A DNA stretch of 64,000 nt from Escherichia phage vB_EcoD-Elw: sequence record OR621298. The stretch is one strand, 5' to 3'. Below the pieces are notes generated by a model that had not been told where the DNA came from, ran no database searches, and was given only the letters and a program-made list of their open reading frames with translations. Below are positions 54,661 through 64,000 of this stretch, piece after piece; the first letter of the stretch is position 1, and each line of letters opens with the position of its first letter. The position numbers were made by a program, and so were the translations under genes.

Positions 54661-57494
54661 TCCACAGACTGTTCTCCATCATCTCCTTCTGCTCTAATAC
54701 GAAAATATAGTTTTCTATTGATTCCTAGAGCATCACTATTATGAAGAGCAAAATCTGCCTTATTATACATTAATAAATAGTCATAAGTATACTGATTTTC
54801 AATACGTACACTTCTTAGCATTCTATTCTGGGAATCATAGATTTCCAGAGTATAGAATATACTTTCTATTATATCTTCTTCGGGTATCCTATCCCAAGCT
54901 AGTTTTACATCTGGGCCTACAAATTCAGTTACATCCCCAGAAGCCGTATTAGTTACCCTAAAATTAGATACTACGCTTAGGTTTTTAGCAGAGTTAAGTT
55001 CTATAGATAATGTTACTGGAGAGCTTCTTCTACCGTTTATATCCACAGCCCTTATTTCAAATATTGCTAAACCTGCGGGCTCTCCAATTATCTCTTGTAT
55101 CATGCGTTCATTGGGATTTGTTTCTAGTTGCTGCACAATATAAGGTTCAGCATGACCGGAATGCACGATAGAGTAATAAACTACGTTATTAGTTAAGCTT
55201 GGAAGCCAAGATAACTCACCATTTTTTCCTATAGAACCAACTAAACCACCTGGTGTCGGGGTATATTTAAAATCTCTAGGAGGAAGAACGTTGTTACTAA
55301 TATCTGGTATATCATTACCACTATTATCTACTTGATCAGAGTTGATAAATACATCTTCCCCATATTCCTGTAGAGTAACATTTATCTTTCCTTCTCTAGA
55401 GTTTTCTACTTCATCTACTAAAAAGTACTTCTTATCCCATCCGTAACGGTCGTATGTAAATGCAATAGCATCGTTAGGCTCAATACCAATGAATTGATAT
55501 GGTAAAGAAAATGAGAGGGTTCTAGAATACCTAGATTTCTTAAGTTCTCTGTCTGCAAAACTTCTAGCAGTATAGTAGTTAGTTATATTTGCAAAAGATA
55601 ATTGTAATTTTTTGTCTAAATTTTTATCTTGTTCTTTATATTTAGAGTTGTAAAAGGTAATAGAGTTAGTTTTCCAGCTAAGAGCTGGGTCTACGATGGA
55701 TGCTTGAACTGAGTTGAATTTATTTCTACCAGTAGTATCTGATAGCTCTAAATCACCATAAGTATCCAGAAAATTAATCTCTAATGGAGTATTAGAATAT
55801 TTTTCTACAGTAATCCTATATTGACCAGATAAGTTGTTAATAGCCCCACCGTAGGACTCTAGCAAACCTTGCACGTTTTTAAATACTGATTCAGACGTAT
55901 CTAGAATAGTATTCATTTGTACTATTTGTCTATTTTCTGCTAATGGATCAGTCCACCCAACATATCTCCAGTATGGCTGCCAGGATACTTGGTAAGATTC
56001 ATCTATAATATCTAAAATAGCTGCTTCCTGTATTAATTGCTGAAGGGGGAACTGATCAATGGTAATATTAGCGCCATATCTATCAGAGGTTAAGTAATCA
56101 AGTGTTTGCCAAATACCATTTAAACTAGTACTATTAGCAGTTACTCTACCATCAGAATGATAGACTTTTACTTTTTTACCTTGAATTTCAGCACTAACTT
56201 CAGGAATCTCAGTCCTATTTTCATTAATAGTGAAACGCACCACTGCGTATGCAGTATCTAGTAGTTTATACCTAGCATCCCAGTACTCCGGTCCATTGCC
56301 ATTCATATTCTGAAGGTAGAACCCACGTTCTTTAGCTATATCTACTAGTACTTCAGAAGCCGTTTGGTCAGGTTTTCCATGATACGTCCAAATCCTTATA
56401 TCACCATTACCATCATTATACTTATATTCCTGACCATGCACAGAAGGACTACTAGAAGATATTCCTGATGCTATTCTTTGCATGGTGTCTCCGGCTACTT
56501 TTTTAACACCGAAACAGGTTCTAGCAGAGCTATCATTAGAGTCCATACAAATCATAGGGTTATCCCCAAAGGAAAAGTCAAGAAAACCGTCTATCTCTCC
56601 TTCAGCAAAAGCATATACTACGTAAACTATATTAGGATTGTGTAATTCCGTATCCGCAAAAATAGGTATTCCAGGTATTTTCTGTACACCATAAACTACT
56701 GGTAGATACTTAGCAGCAAGGTTAAAGTCTATATCTACTTCTTTAGTAACAGTCTCGTAATACTTTTTAAGACTATAACTTCTAGATAGTCCAAATAGCT
56801 TTTTCTTAGACTTTAGCTTGTATCTTTCTTCCTGTACCTGATACTTTGCTAGAATAGAGATACTTTTATTGGCATGAAAGAAACCGTAGTCTTCTTGGTA
56901 CTCAAGTCTTTTAGCCCCGTTAGATGGAAGTAATTGTCCTGCTACAACTTCAAGCCCTCTATGAGAAGCATCATCAGTAAATCTACCATTAACCCTATCA
57001 AAATCATAGAATTGGTTAGAACAATTCCAAGTAATTGTGGAGGTTCCAACTCCCGAAGTGCTAATATTATCCTTAATACCCCCACCAGTAATTCTACCTC
57101 TAAAGTATAATAAAGGCCCATTTGTGTCTGGGTCTACAGGTAAAATAGAACCATCTTCTGTAATAATTGCTTGGTGAATTGATACTAATCTATCTAAAAA
57201 AGACACACCATTCTGCACTAATTTCAGTACTTCATCATGCGCTGTACCTGTAATAGTAAAAGATAGGCTGCCAATAGATAAATCTCTATTTTGTTTATGT
57301 GTGCTAATAGACTTAACTTTACCGGCCTGGTACAAAATACCATTATATAGTACATCTCTAAAATAGTCAGTTAAGTAAATAAAAGCAGTACTAGTACCAG
57401 TAGAGCCGGGTAATTCTAGAGAAATTAGACTAGCAGTTTTTATTCTGCTATTATTTTTTAAGTAGTTTCTAGCACTATCTAATATTTTTTTCAT
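54645..57494 (-). CDS. baseplate hub protein (T5 pb3-like)
   Basis: 949 aa; position between the distal tail protein and pb4-like genes. Confidence 0.7.
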   Translation of the reverse strand: MKKILDSARNYLKNNSRIKTASLISLELPGSTGTSTAFIYLTDYFRDVLYNGILYQAGKVKSISTHKQNRDLSIGSLSFTITGTAHDEVLKLVQNGVSFLDRLVSIHQAIITEDGSILPVDPDTNGPLLYFRGRITGGGIKDNISTSGVGTSTITWNCSNQFYDFDRVNGRFTDDASHRGLEVVAGQLLPSNGAKRLEYQEDYGFFHANKSISILAKYQVQEERYKLKSKKKLFGLSRSYSLKKYYETVTKEVDIDFNLAAKYLPVVYGVQKIPGIPIFADTELHNPNIVYVVYAFAEGEIDGFLDFSFGDNPMICMDSNDSSARTCFGVKKVAGDTMQRIASGISSSSPSVHGQEYKYNDGNGDIRIWTYHGKPDQTASEVLVDIAKERGFYLQNMNGNGPEYWDARYKLLDTAYAVVRFTINENRTEIPEVSAEIQGKKVKVYHSDGRVTANSTSLNGIWQTLDYLTSDRYGANITIDQFPLQQLIQEAAILDIIDESYQVSWQPYWRYVGWTDPLAENRQIVQMNTILDTSESVFKNVQGLLESYGGAINNLSGQYRITVEKYSNTPLEINFLDTYGDLELSDTTGRNKFNSVQASIVDPALSWKTNSITFYNSKYKEQDKNLDKKLQLSFANITNYYTARSFADRELKKSRYSRTLSFSLPYQFIGIEPNDAIAFTYDRYGWDKKYFLVDEVENSREGKINVTLQEYGEDVFINSDQVDNSGNDIPDISNNVLPPRDFKYTPTPGGLVGSIGKNGELSWLPSLTNNVVYYSIVHSGHAEPYIVQQLETNPNERMIQEIIGEPAGLAIFEIRAVDINGRRSSPVTLSIELNSAKNLSVVSNFRVTNTASGDVTEFVGPDVKLAWDRIPEEDIIESIFYTLEIYDSQNRMLRSVRIENQYTYDYLLMYNKADFALHNSDALGINRKLYFRIRAEGDDGEQSVEWASI

Positions 57495-58105
57495 AGACTT
57501 TCCCGTAAATTTAATGAGATGTTGGAGTATGTTCCGTTATTATTTAGTGTAGATCCAAAAGCATCACCATTCATGAGTTTTGTTCTAAATAGTATTCCAT
57601 TAAATACTGGCTTCTCCGCTCCAGTAGTAGTTATAAATAAATCAGGGTATAAGTTTATAGACCATGTATTACCTGATTTGTTAAATGATGTTATTTTATA
57701 TACTTTTGGGTGGTTAGACAGCTTAAATAGATCCCCCGGTTTTGGAGTACCTGTAAGAAGTCCTTTTGTATCCATAGTTATATTAGAACCCTTCTGTCCA
57801 GCAGGTATATTTACTAGACTAGTATTACCTCTAACTCTAAAAGCTTCGTATTGGGGTAATATAACATCTATATAACCACCAGTCCTTTTGTATTCTAGAA
57901 TAAAAGCATCTAGAACACTATATTCATCTGGAAATAATTCTGGATAAGAAATATTTATACCCCAGTATTGAGCAGATACCTTAACTTCGTTAACTTTACC
58001 ATTTGGTAACTCATCACGAATTACTGGGTCATTATCAATCAGGTTAACACTTTCGAATCCTAAGCCTGAAAGTTCTGGATTCGTGTATGGGTCTGGTAAT
58101 CTCAT
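57491..58105 (-). CDS. distal tail protein (T5 pb9-like)
   Basis: 204 aa; immediately downstream of the tape measure gene; AGAGGAGA RBS. Confidence 0.7.
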   Translation of the reverse strand: MRLPDPYTNPELSGLGFESVNLIDNDPVIRDELPNGKVNEVKVSAQYWGINISYPELFPDEYSVLDAFILEYKRTGGYIDVILPQYEAFRVRGNTSLVNIPAGQKGSNITMDTKGLLTGTPKPGDLFKLSNHPKVYKITSFNKSGNTWSINLYPDLFITTTGAEKPVFNGILFRTKLMNGDAFGSTLNNNGTYSNISLNLRESL

Positions 58106-58132
58106 AGTTAATTTCTCCTCTTTAATAACAAT

Positions 58133-58161
58133 ATTATAATAGTATTAGAAAATTTTATCAA
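58133..58161 (-). promoter_or_regulatory. sigma70-like promoter (TTGATA-17-TATAAT) inside the tail operon
   Basis: Minus-strand motif between the tape measure and distal tail protein genes. Confidence 0.45.
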
Positions 58162-58177
58162 GAAATTTTTATTTTTC

Positions 58178-58207
58178 CATAAAGAAAAGGAGGACTCAAA
58201 GTCCTCC
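58178..58207 (-). terminator. rho-independent terminator or attenuator after the tape measure gene
   Basis: Stem GGAGGACT/AGTCCTCC followed on the minus strand by TTTTCTTTAT. Confidence 0.55.
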
Positions 58208-58214
58208 TCCAGTT

Positions 58215-61200
58215 TTAAGAATTTCCTAATGTTTTCAGACTAGCACCGTTCTCATTCAGAGCTAATTCTACTGCGTCTCTTAGAGCACCACTATTACTAG
58301 AAGCAAACTCTCTAAAACTTGCAGCATCCATAGCACTAATATTCAAGATGATAGGTCTTCCTGAAGTTGAGTTAGATGAGGTTTTTAGCTCATCATTAGG
58401 CGTAGCTTTCATAGGAACCATAGGGGTAACTACTTCTGTACCATGCTCACCCATTTGATAGCTAACCCCAGGGTACATATTACCACCCTCAGCACGAGGA
58501 ACGAAAGAGTTAGCACCGCCTATGCCTTTATCACCACGGATATAAGATAATTCACCAGCATTAGCAGACATAGACACATCTATATTCTTCTGACGCTCTC
58601 CTAAGGTTAGGTAACTAGTTGTATCCGCTCCAGAATCAGCAATACTTGACATACCAGATGCAGAAGATGCTTGTGCTAATGCCAATGCACCCGCTAAACC
58701 TGCCGCAACCATTAGTGGAATAGAGAACGGATATGGAACAGCGGTGGCTGCCTGCATTACAGCTACTGCAGTTTGGATGATAATCTGCTTCTTAGCTGCG
58801 TCTTGTTGAATCTTCAGCTTTTCAGCTTCCAACTTCTTCAACTTAGCTTTAGATGCTTCTGATTTACCATCACGTTTCTGCTCTGCTGCAATAGCCTGAT
58901 CAATTGCACTAACCTGCTGGTTGGTACTATACTGTATCATAGAAGATACGGTTTGCATACCAGAAGCAATCAGGGAAGTAGTATCTAAAGACCCCTGGGA
59001 GAACTGGATCATGGCATTAGTTAGATTACCCATACTTTGAGCCACAGCGGTTGCTTCAGAGTTTAGCTCAGATAATTTAGAGATTGCCTGGTCATAAGAA
59101 GCCATTCTATTTTGCATATCAGCAAAATCTTTATCTTCTCCAGATAGTCCAGTTGTAGGAGTATATACAGCACCTACAGAAGATCCAACAGAAGCTTGCA
59201 TCTCCGCATTTCTCTGTGCCCTTAAACCTGCTAGTTGTGCCCTAGTTTCAGCTATCTTTTTATTATACTCCGCTTGTGCCGCAGCATTACCTAATGTTTT
59301 CTGCTTTAAGTCTTCATATAATTTTAGCTGTTCCTGTAAGCGCTCCGCATTTCCCATTAATGGTTTAGTAGTAAATTGTCTTTGCTGTTCTTCCTCTCTA
59401 CCAGCAGCCATTGAAGCAATCTGATCTTGGCGGAATTTCCAGATTTCACGTTCAATTTGGGCTTGAGCACGTCTAGACTGTTCCGCCTCCTTCTGTTTAT
59501 CAGCTTGTTTTGTATACCATTCGTACTTCTCTTTTTCAATGGTCAATTCAAGATTTAACTGTGCTAGACGATACTGAGTATCTGTCATAGTACGGTTATT
59601 TAAGAGAGCTATCTCACGATCTACACCCAGGATTTTATCTGTATAATCCTTAACCTTCTTCTGGGCCTCCATACCCTGATTGGTAAGTTTAAGTTTCTCC
59701 AGCTGAATTTTTTCAATTTCTTTCTCAACAGCTTTATTTCCCTGGTTTGTTTGAAGAACACGGCGTAAAGCAGCTTCTTGCTCTTCTAACTGTTGGAGTT
59801 CTAAACGCCTACCGGCTTCCTGTGCTTTTTCTTTATCCTTAGTTTGGTTATATACATCAGCTATCTTCTGTTGAACTGCTAACTGATTTTTAGTTTCATT
59901 ACCAGTTAGTTTAACATACTCAGATAGAGCCTGAGATGCAGTTTTCATTTCAGACAGGGTGTTATAACCCAGATTAAGGTTTTTAACATATTCATCAGCA
60001 CTCTTACCAGTACCTAGAGATAGAGATTCTATGTTTTTTATAGCATCTGCTAAAGTAGCACTAGTTTTAGCAGCAGTATCTGTATTCTGAGCAACGTTCT
60101 GTATGTCATTAGCTAAGTCACTAGCCGTTTTCTTAGTCTGATTGTACGCTTTCTGCTGCTCAGTTAGTCCTTTTAATACAGTAGAGTTAAAATCGTATAC
60201 AGCATCAGGATCAGTAGTATCTCTCTGTAGATTAATTTGCTTCTGAAACTCTGGACTAGCCTTTGCAGCAGCGGCCCCAGCAGCTTGATACGCTGATTTC
60301 CAAGCATTGAGATTCTCTGTAGAATCCTCTACTTCCTTACCAAGTCTAGTTACTTGTAGACCCATAGCTGCAGTTTCTGCTACAAATTGCTTATTGGCCT
60401 CCGAAGCACCTGCTGCTGCAAGACCAACAGGAATACCTTCACCAACTTGACGTATAGCTAATTTTGTATAGAAATCTGCTTGTTCCATTCGTTTATCGAA
60501 CTCAGATTTTAGCTTATTACGCTTATCAAGAGATTCCTTATACATATCTAGAGCTTTATTATACCCTTCTTCAGAAGCGGCTAAACTTAAAGCAACAGCA
60601 CCAACGTTGGTAGGATCTATCTGTCTATTAGTTTTTTCTTGAGCTCTAGCTGCTTCAGCAGATACAGAAGCCTGAGAAGTATAAAATACTGTGTTGATAG
60701 CATCAATTACGGGCCCTAAGTATTTAGCAGCAGCCTGCTGAATCTTTCTCAGTGCGGCATCAGCATTAGCGGCAAATTGCTCCCACGGAGTAGCACGTAA
60801 AACTTCATCTAAGTAGCCAAAACGTTTAGTAGACTCTGCTATAACAGCATTAGCATACGCCTGCTGTTTCTGGAAAGTAGTAAGGCTGTTAATATTATAT
60901 GTTATACCTGTGTTTGCAGCATTTAACTGCTTAACGTAATCAGCATAAGCATCATTAAGACGAATAGTAACACCAAGTTCATCCAGAAGTTCGATTTCTT
61001 GTTTAGATACACCCTTAATTACACGGTTAAGTGCATCAGTCATATCAACGCCAAGAACAGCAGCAGCACGACGAGCTACTAAACCAAATTTATTAAGTTG
61101 TTCGGCGTCAAATCCATAAGCGGACGCTGAGGATGCTTGCCTCATAGCTTCTTCAAAAGAGATTGCATAGCCAGCTGCCTCTTGTAGTGATCTAGCAAGG

Positions 61201-61895
61201 GACTGAACAGGAGTACCTGTCTGAGTACCTACTATAACACCAAATTTTTCTAGACGATTTAGCTGATCACCTAGTTTAAGTTGTTCAAATGCTGATTGCA
61301 AAACGAAGATGTTGGAAGCAAGAGCTGCGTACATAATAGGTAGACTACCACCGATCTTAGCCATTGCCGCAAAATCACGAGTTGCACCACGTGCTGAACC
61401 AGAAGTATTACCAATAGCTCTAGAAGCTCTACCAGCGGCACCAGCAGTATCATTAAAACCCCTAGCTGTGCCACCTAATGCTCTATTAGTATCATATAAT
61501 CTATCCTGGACTTTTTCTGTTGCAGCTGCAACATCATTACCCATTGTTTTAACAGATCTAGAAACTCCATCGAATCCAATTTCTAGTTTATCTGTTACTT
61601 CAATAAGCTGGATAGCCAGGTAGTCTAGCTTATCACCAATACCATCAATGGATTTAGTGATACCAGCCATACCCCTACTAGCTTGCATTTTAGTAAGACT
61701 TTTCGCTGCTCTATCTGCTGCCCTCTCAATGGAATAAAGAGTTCTGGGCATTTTACCTAACTGCTCATTTGTCAGTTCGGAAGCAGCAGCAGCATTTTCC
61801 AACGCATCAGATACGTTTTCAATAGACTTTGCAGTACGAGTTGCCCCCTTCTGTTTAACGTCTATTAGTAATTCTCGTATTAGCTTATCAGTCAT
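58215..61895 (-). CDS. tail tape measure protein (T5 pb2-like)
   Basis: 1226 aa, mostly Ala/Gln/Glu/Lys-rich helical sequence; largest gene of the tail block. Confidence 0.85.
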   Translation of the reverse strand: MTDKLIRELLIDVKQKGATRTAKSIENVSDALENAAAASELTNEQLGKMPRTLYSIERAADRAAKSLTKMQASRGMAGITKSIDGIGDKLDYLAIQLIEVTDKLEIGFDGVSRSVKTMGNDVAAATEKVQDRLYDTNRALGGTARGFNDTAGAAGRASRAIGNTSGSARGATRDFAAMAKIGGSLPIMYAALASNIFVLQSAFEQLKLGDQLNRLEKFGVIVGTQTGTPVQSLARSLQEAAGYAISFEEAMRQASSASAYGFDAEQLNKFGLVARRAAAVLGVDMTDALNRVIKGVSKQEIELLDELGVTIRLNDAYADYVKQLNAANTGITYNINSLTTFQKQQAYANAVIAESTKRFGYLDEVLRATPWEQFAANADAALRKIQQAAAKYLGPVIDAINTVFYTSQASVSAEAARAQEKTNRQIDPTNVGAVALSLAASEEGYNKALDMYKESLDKRNKLKSEFDKRMEQADFYTKLAIRQVGEGIPVGLAAAGASEANKQFVAETAAMGLQVTRLGKEVEDSTENLNAWKSAYQAAGAAAAKASPEFQKQINLQRDTTDPDAVYDFNSTVLKGLTEQQKAYNQTKKTASDLANDIQNVAQNTDTAAKTSATLADAIKNIESLSLGTGKSADEYVKNLNLGYNTLSEMKTASQALSEYVKLTGNETKNQLAVQQKIADVYNQTKDKEKAQEAGRRLELQQLEEQEAALRRVLQTNQGNKAVEKEIEKIQLEKLKLTNQGMEAQKKVKDYTDKILGVDREIALLNNRTMTDTQYRLAQLNLELTIEKEKYEWYTKQADKQKEAEQSRRAQAQIEREIWKFRQDQIASMAAGREEEQQRQFTTKPLMGNAERLQEQLKLYEDLKQKTLGNAAAQAEYNKKIAETRAQLAGLRAQRNAEMQASVGSSVGAVYTPTTGLSGEDKDFADMQNRMASYDQAISKLSELNSEATAVAQSMGNLTNAMIQFSQGSLDTTSLIASGMQTVSSMIQYSTNQQVSAIDQAIAAEQKRDGKSEASKAKLKKLEAEKLKIQQDAAKKQIIIQTAVAVMQAATAVPYPFSIPLMVAAGLAGALALAQASSASGMSSIADSGADTTSYLTLGERQKNIDVSMSANAGELSYIRGDKGIGGANSFVPRAEGGNMYPGVSYQMGEHGTEVVTPMVPMKATPNDELKTSSNSTSGRPIILNISAMDAASFREFASSNSGALRDAVELALNENGASLKTLGNS

Positions 61896-61978
61896 GTTTT
61901 ATTTTTCCCAATAAAAAAGGCTCTGGGCAAATCACCCAGAGCCAAGCCTCATCGTGGAACGCCCATTGGAGGAAACTT

Positions 61979-62347
61979 TTACCGTGCACGAGATCTAGCA
62001 TGTGGCTTAACGTTAGGAATCCTTCCGTTTTGCGGTTTATGCTTCTCAGCACGTTTACGTGCAGCATCTACAGCTTTAGCATCAAATATATTGATAATGT
62101 GTAGAACAAATTCTTTCTCTATAGGATCAGTAATCCCATAAATATCAAATAAAACACCTAGAGCAGCCTTATCTTTACCTATAAAGATAGGAAAGTCACC
62201 TGGTATGAAGCAGTCAATTAGACTGTTATAAATATTCATACTAGTAGCTACAATAGGTGGAAAGTCTTCAAGTTCAACAGGCATGGCCTTAGGATCAGGC
62301 TCTATACCCATTGATTCACAAAGTATTAAATATTGTTGTTTAGTCAT
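61979..62347 (-). CDS. tail assembly chaperone, distal ORF (possible frameshift extension)
   Basis: 122 aa; its frame is open upstream to 62434, overlapping the last 8 codons of the preceding ORF in the +1 frame. Confidence 0.55.
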   Translation of the reverse strand: MTKQQYLILCESMGIEPDPKAMPVELEDFPPIVATSMNIYNSLIDCFIPGDFPIFIGKDKAALGVLFDIYGITDPIEKEFVLHIINIFDAKAVDAARKRAEKHKPQNGRIPNVKPHARSRAR

Positions 62348-62408
62348 TTTAGATGCTGAGCTTTTAATACACTTATCTGCAAAATCAGCAATAGCATCTA
62401 GGAGTTCT

Positions 62409-62828
62409 TTACGCTTTTGGGCTACGAAAAGTGTCTAAGTGGAACACTGTCTGGTTGATCCAAGAATCAAACGCAGCAGAGTTCTGCATGAGCATTACAG
62501 CATTATCGCGGCTAAAAGGAACTTCAGTAGCAGGATCAGCATCTGTTTCAATCAGCATCAGTTTTTCAACGTCACCTACAGTCAAACCGGTCCAACCTTT
62601 AATAGCTGCGTCAACGAAGGCTTCAATGAACTTATCATCATCCTGTACCTGAATCAAAGTACCATTAACCCATTCATCGCGTTTAGCAGAAGAAATAACA
62701 CGTTTAGAGGTAGCACGAGACATATAGTTAAGTTCTAATTTAAAGTTCGGCATACCTGGGTAGGAAAGAGTAATAGTACGAGTATCAAGAGTAATATCTT
62801 TTAAATTAATCATTTTTAATTTCTCCAA
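62409..62828 (-). CDS. tail assembly chaperone, proximal ORF
   Basis: 139 aa; between the collar/tail-tube genes and the tape measure gene. Confidence 0.6.
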   Translation of the reverse strand: MEKLKMINLKDITLDTRTITLSYPGMPNFKLELNYMSRATSKRVISSAKRDEWVNGTLIQVQDDDKFIEAFVDAAIKGWTGLTVGDVEKLMLIETDADPATEVPFSRDNAVMLMQNSAAFDSWINQTVFHLDTFRSPKA

Positions 62829-63708
62829 AGAAATCTATTCTCACTGGGTCTGAAGAAGCAGTAGGTATAATATCCCACTCAACTCTATACACATCTGAGA
62901 AATCTAGGCGTTTTGTAATACGTGCTGAAGGAAAATCTATAGAAATATTATTATTTCTTATATTTAAAGGTACATCTGTCTCCGGTTCGATATTGTAAAC
63001 CATATCTCCTGCAAAACGTTTTAAGTAATATAGAGAAATGGTTGCCGAAGCATTCATTTCATTTACATAAGCTCTTTTATTATTATAAATTTTATTTATA
63101 TCAAAAACACTCTTATCCTCTCTCCAGGAGCACTGCTGTTGGAAAGATAAAGAGGCAGAAATAAGACCGGGTAAGATGCTGCCATTAGTAGAAGCTATTA
63201 CTGGGCTGTAAGACATTACTTCACCCTGTATAATAGAAGCTGCTTCTCTATAGGTAGATACTTCTGAGAATTTCCCAGACTCAATACCAACATTAAGAAT
63301 TGGTATGTTCTTATCTAAAGAAAAATCTACCGTAGATACATAACAGTTTTCAAAATATGCACAGTTATTATCTTTATTTACTATATAGATATTGAACATA
63401 ATAGGTTCAATATTACTACTATATAGTGGGAGTAAGAAAGTATTACCTTTTCTATCAAAACCTAACCATTCAAAGAAGTTAGCCTCTGTAAGAGTATTAC
63501 TGAAATTTATTGCTAGAGAGATAGAAGAGGGGGTTTGAGCATTTATAATAGAGTCTGCATAGTTAGTTCTACGATGAACAGTCCTACGAAGAGTCTTGAA
63601 TTCCTCGTATGAAGTCTGTATATCATAGTTTGATAGGGCATCAAAATGAAATGCCCTACCATCATACTCAACTATAACTTTTGACTCTCGCATTAGAGAG
63701 TAGTACAT
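62806..63708 (-). CDS. tail structural protein (T5 p140-like collar protein)
   Basis: 300 aa; between the Ig-domain tail tube gene and the chaperone genes. Confidence 0.55.
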   Translation of the reverse strand: MYYSLMRESKVIVEYDGRAFHFDALSNYDIQTSYEEFKTLRRTVHRRTNYADSIINAQTPSSISLAINFSNTLTEANFFEWLGFDRKGNTFLLPLYSSNIEPIMFNIYIVNKDNNCAYFENCYVSTVDFSLDKNIPILNVGIESGKFSEVSTYREAASIIQGEVMSYSPVIASTNGSILPGLISASLSFQQQCSWREDKSVFDINKIYNNKRAYVNEMNASATISLYYLKRFAGDMVYNIEPETDVPLNIRNNNISIDFPSARITKRLDFSDVYRVEWDIIPTASSDPVRIDFFGEIKND

Positions 63709-63712
63709 TTAT

Positions 63713-64000
63713 TTAACCACCAGCACTAACTGTGATAGTTTTAGTACCTTCTACACCAGAACCATCTTTAGCTACAGCCTTCACAGTAACTGCACCAGTT
63801 TTAGAGGCATCAGCTGTTAATAACCCAGATTCTGCATCAATTGTAGCTGCGTTACCACTAGAAATAGACCAAGTTACAGCCTTATTAGTAGCTTCTGAAG
63901 GTGTTACCTCAACAGACATCTGTAAAGTATTACTATTTGTTACAGAAACAGCCTCACCTGCCGACTTAACTGTAATGGATTTAACGGGAACTGGAGGAGT
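63713..64000 (-). CDS. tail tube protein, C-terminal part with bacterial Ig-like (Big_2) domain (partial)
   Basis: Open to the window edge; C-terminal TVKSAGEAVSVTNSNTLQMSVEVTPSEATNKAVTWSISSGNAATIDAESGLLTADASKTGAVTVKAVAKDGSGVEGTKTITV is Big_2-like. Confidence 0.6.
   Translation of the reverse strand, partial: TPPVPVKSITVKSAGEAVSVTNSNTLQMSVEVTPSEATNKAVTWSISSGNAATIDAESGLLTADASKTGAVTVKAVAKDGSGVEGTKTITVSAGG

Noticed and set aside
1-64000. Search for integrase, transposase, IS elements, attachment sites, CRISPR arrays and toxin-antitoxin pairs
   Set aside because: No recombinase or transposase motifs, terminal inverted repeats or repeat-spacer arrays were seen; gene content is that of a virulent T5-like phage.

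Overview
This 64 kb window reads as a contiguous slice of a T5-like (Tequintavirus-type) siphophage genome, called from motifs and gene order only; no database search was possible. Layout: (1) 1-5500 and 8460-9120, a minus-strand tRNA cluster (about 15 tRNA genes plus degenerate tRNA-like elements) interleaved with small ORFs and near-identical sigma70-type early promoters (TTGCTW-17-TATAAT); (2) 5640-7460, a plus-strand three-gene island (glycine-zipper protein, Gln-rich protein, Cys-rich peptide) with its own promoter and terminator, which is the best candidate here for an undescribed system; (3) 7480-22060, minus-strand early genes including SPFH, a secreted cell-wall hydrolase, a receiver-like protein, a DEDD exonuclease, NADAR, RNase H, ThyA, DHFR, NrdB, NrdA and PhoH; (4) 22400-49340, the plus-strand replication block (NrdD, Sir2-like, HAD phosphatase, a 929-aa P-loop protein, split NAD-dependent ligase, DnaB-like helicase, DnaG-like primase, family-A DNA polymerase, SF2 helicase, SbcCD-like nuclease pair, flap endonuclease, dUTPase); (5) 49390-64000, minus-strand tail genes (L-shaped tail fibre, collar, baseplate, distal tail protein, tape measure, tail assembly chaperones with a candidate +1 frameshift, Ig-domain tail tube C-terminus). 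No CRISPR array, integrase or transposase was seen. Product names are inferences from motifs; coordinates of short regulatory features are approximate to a few nucleotides.
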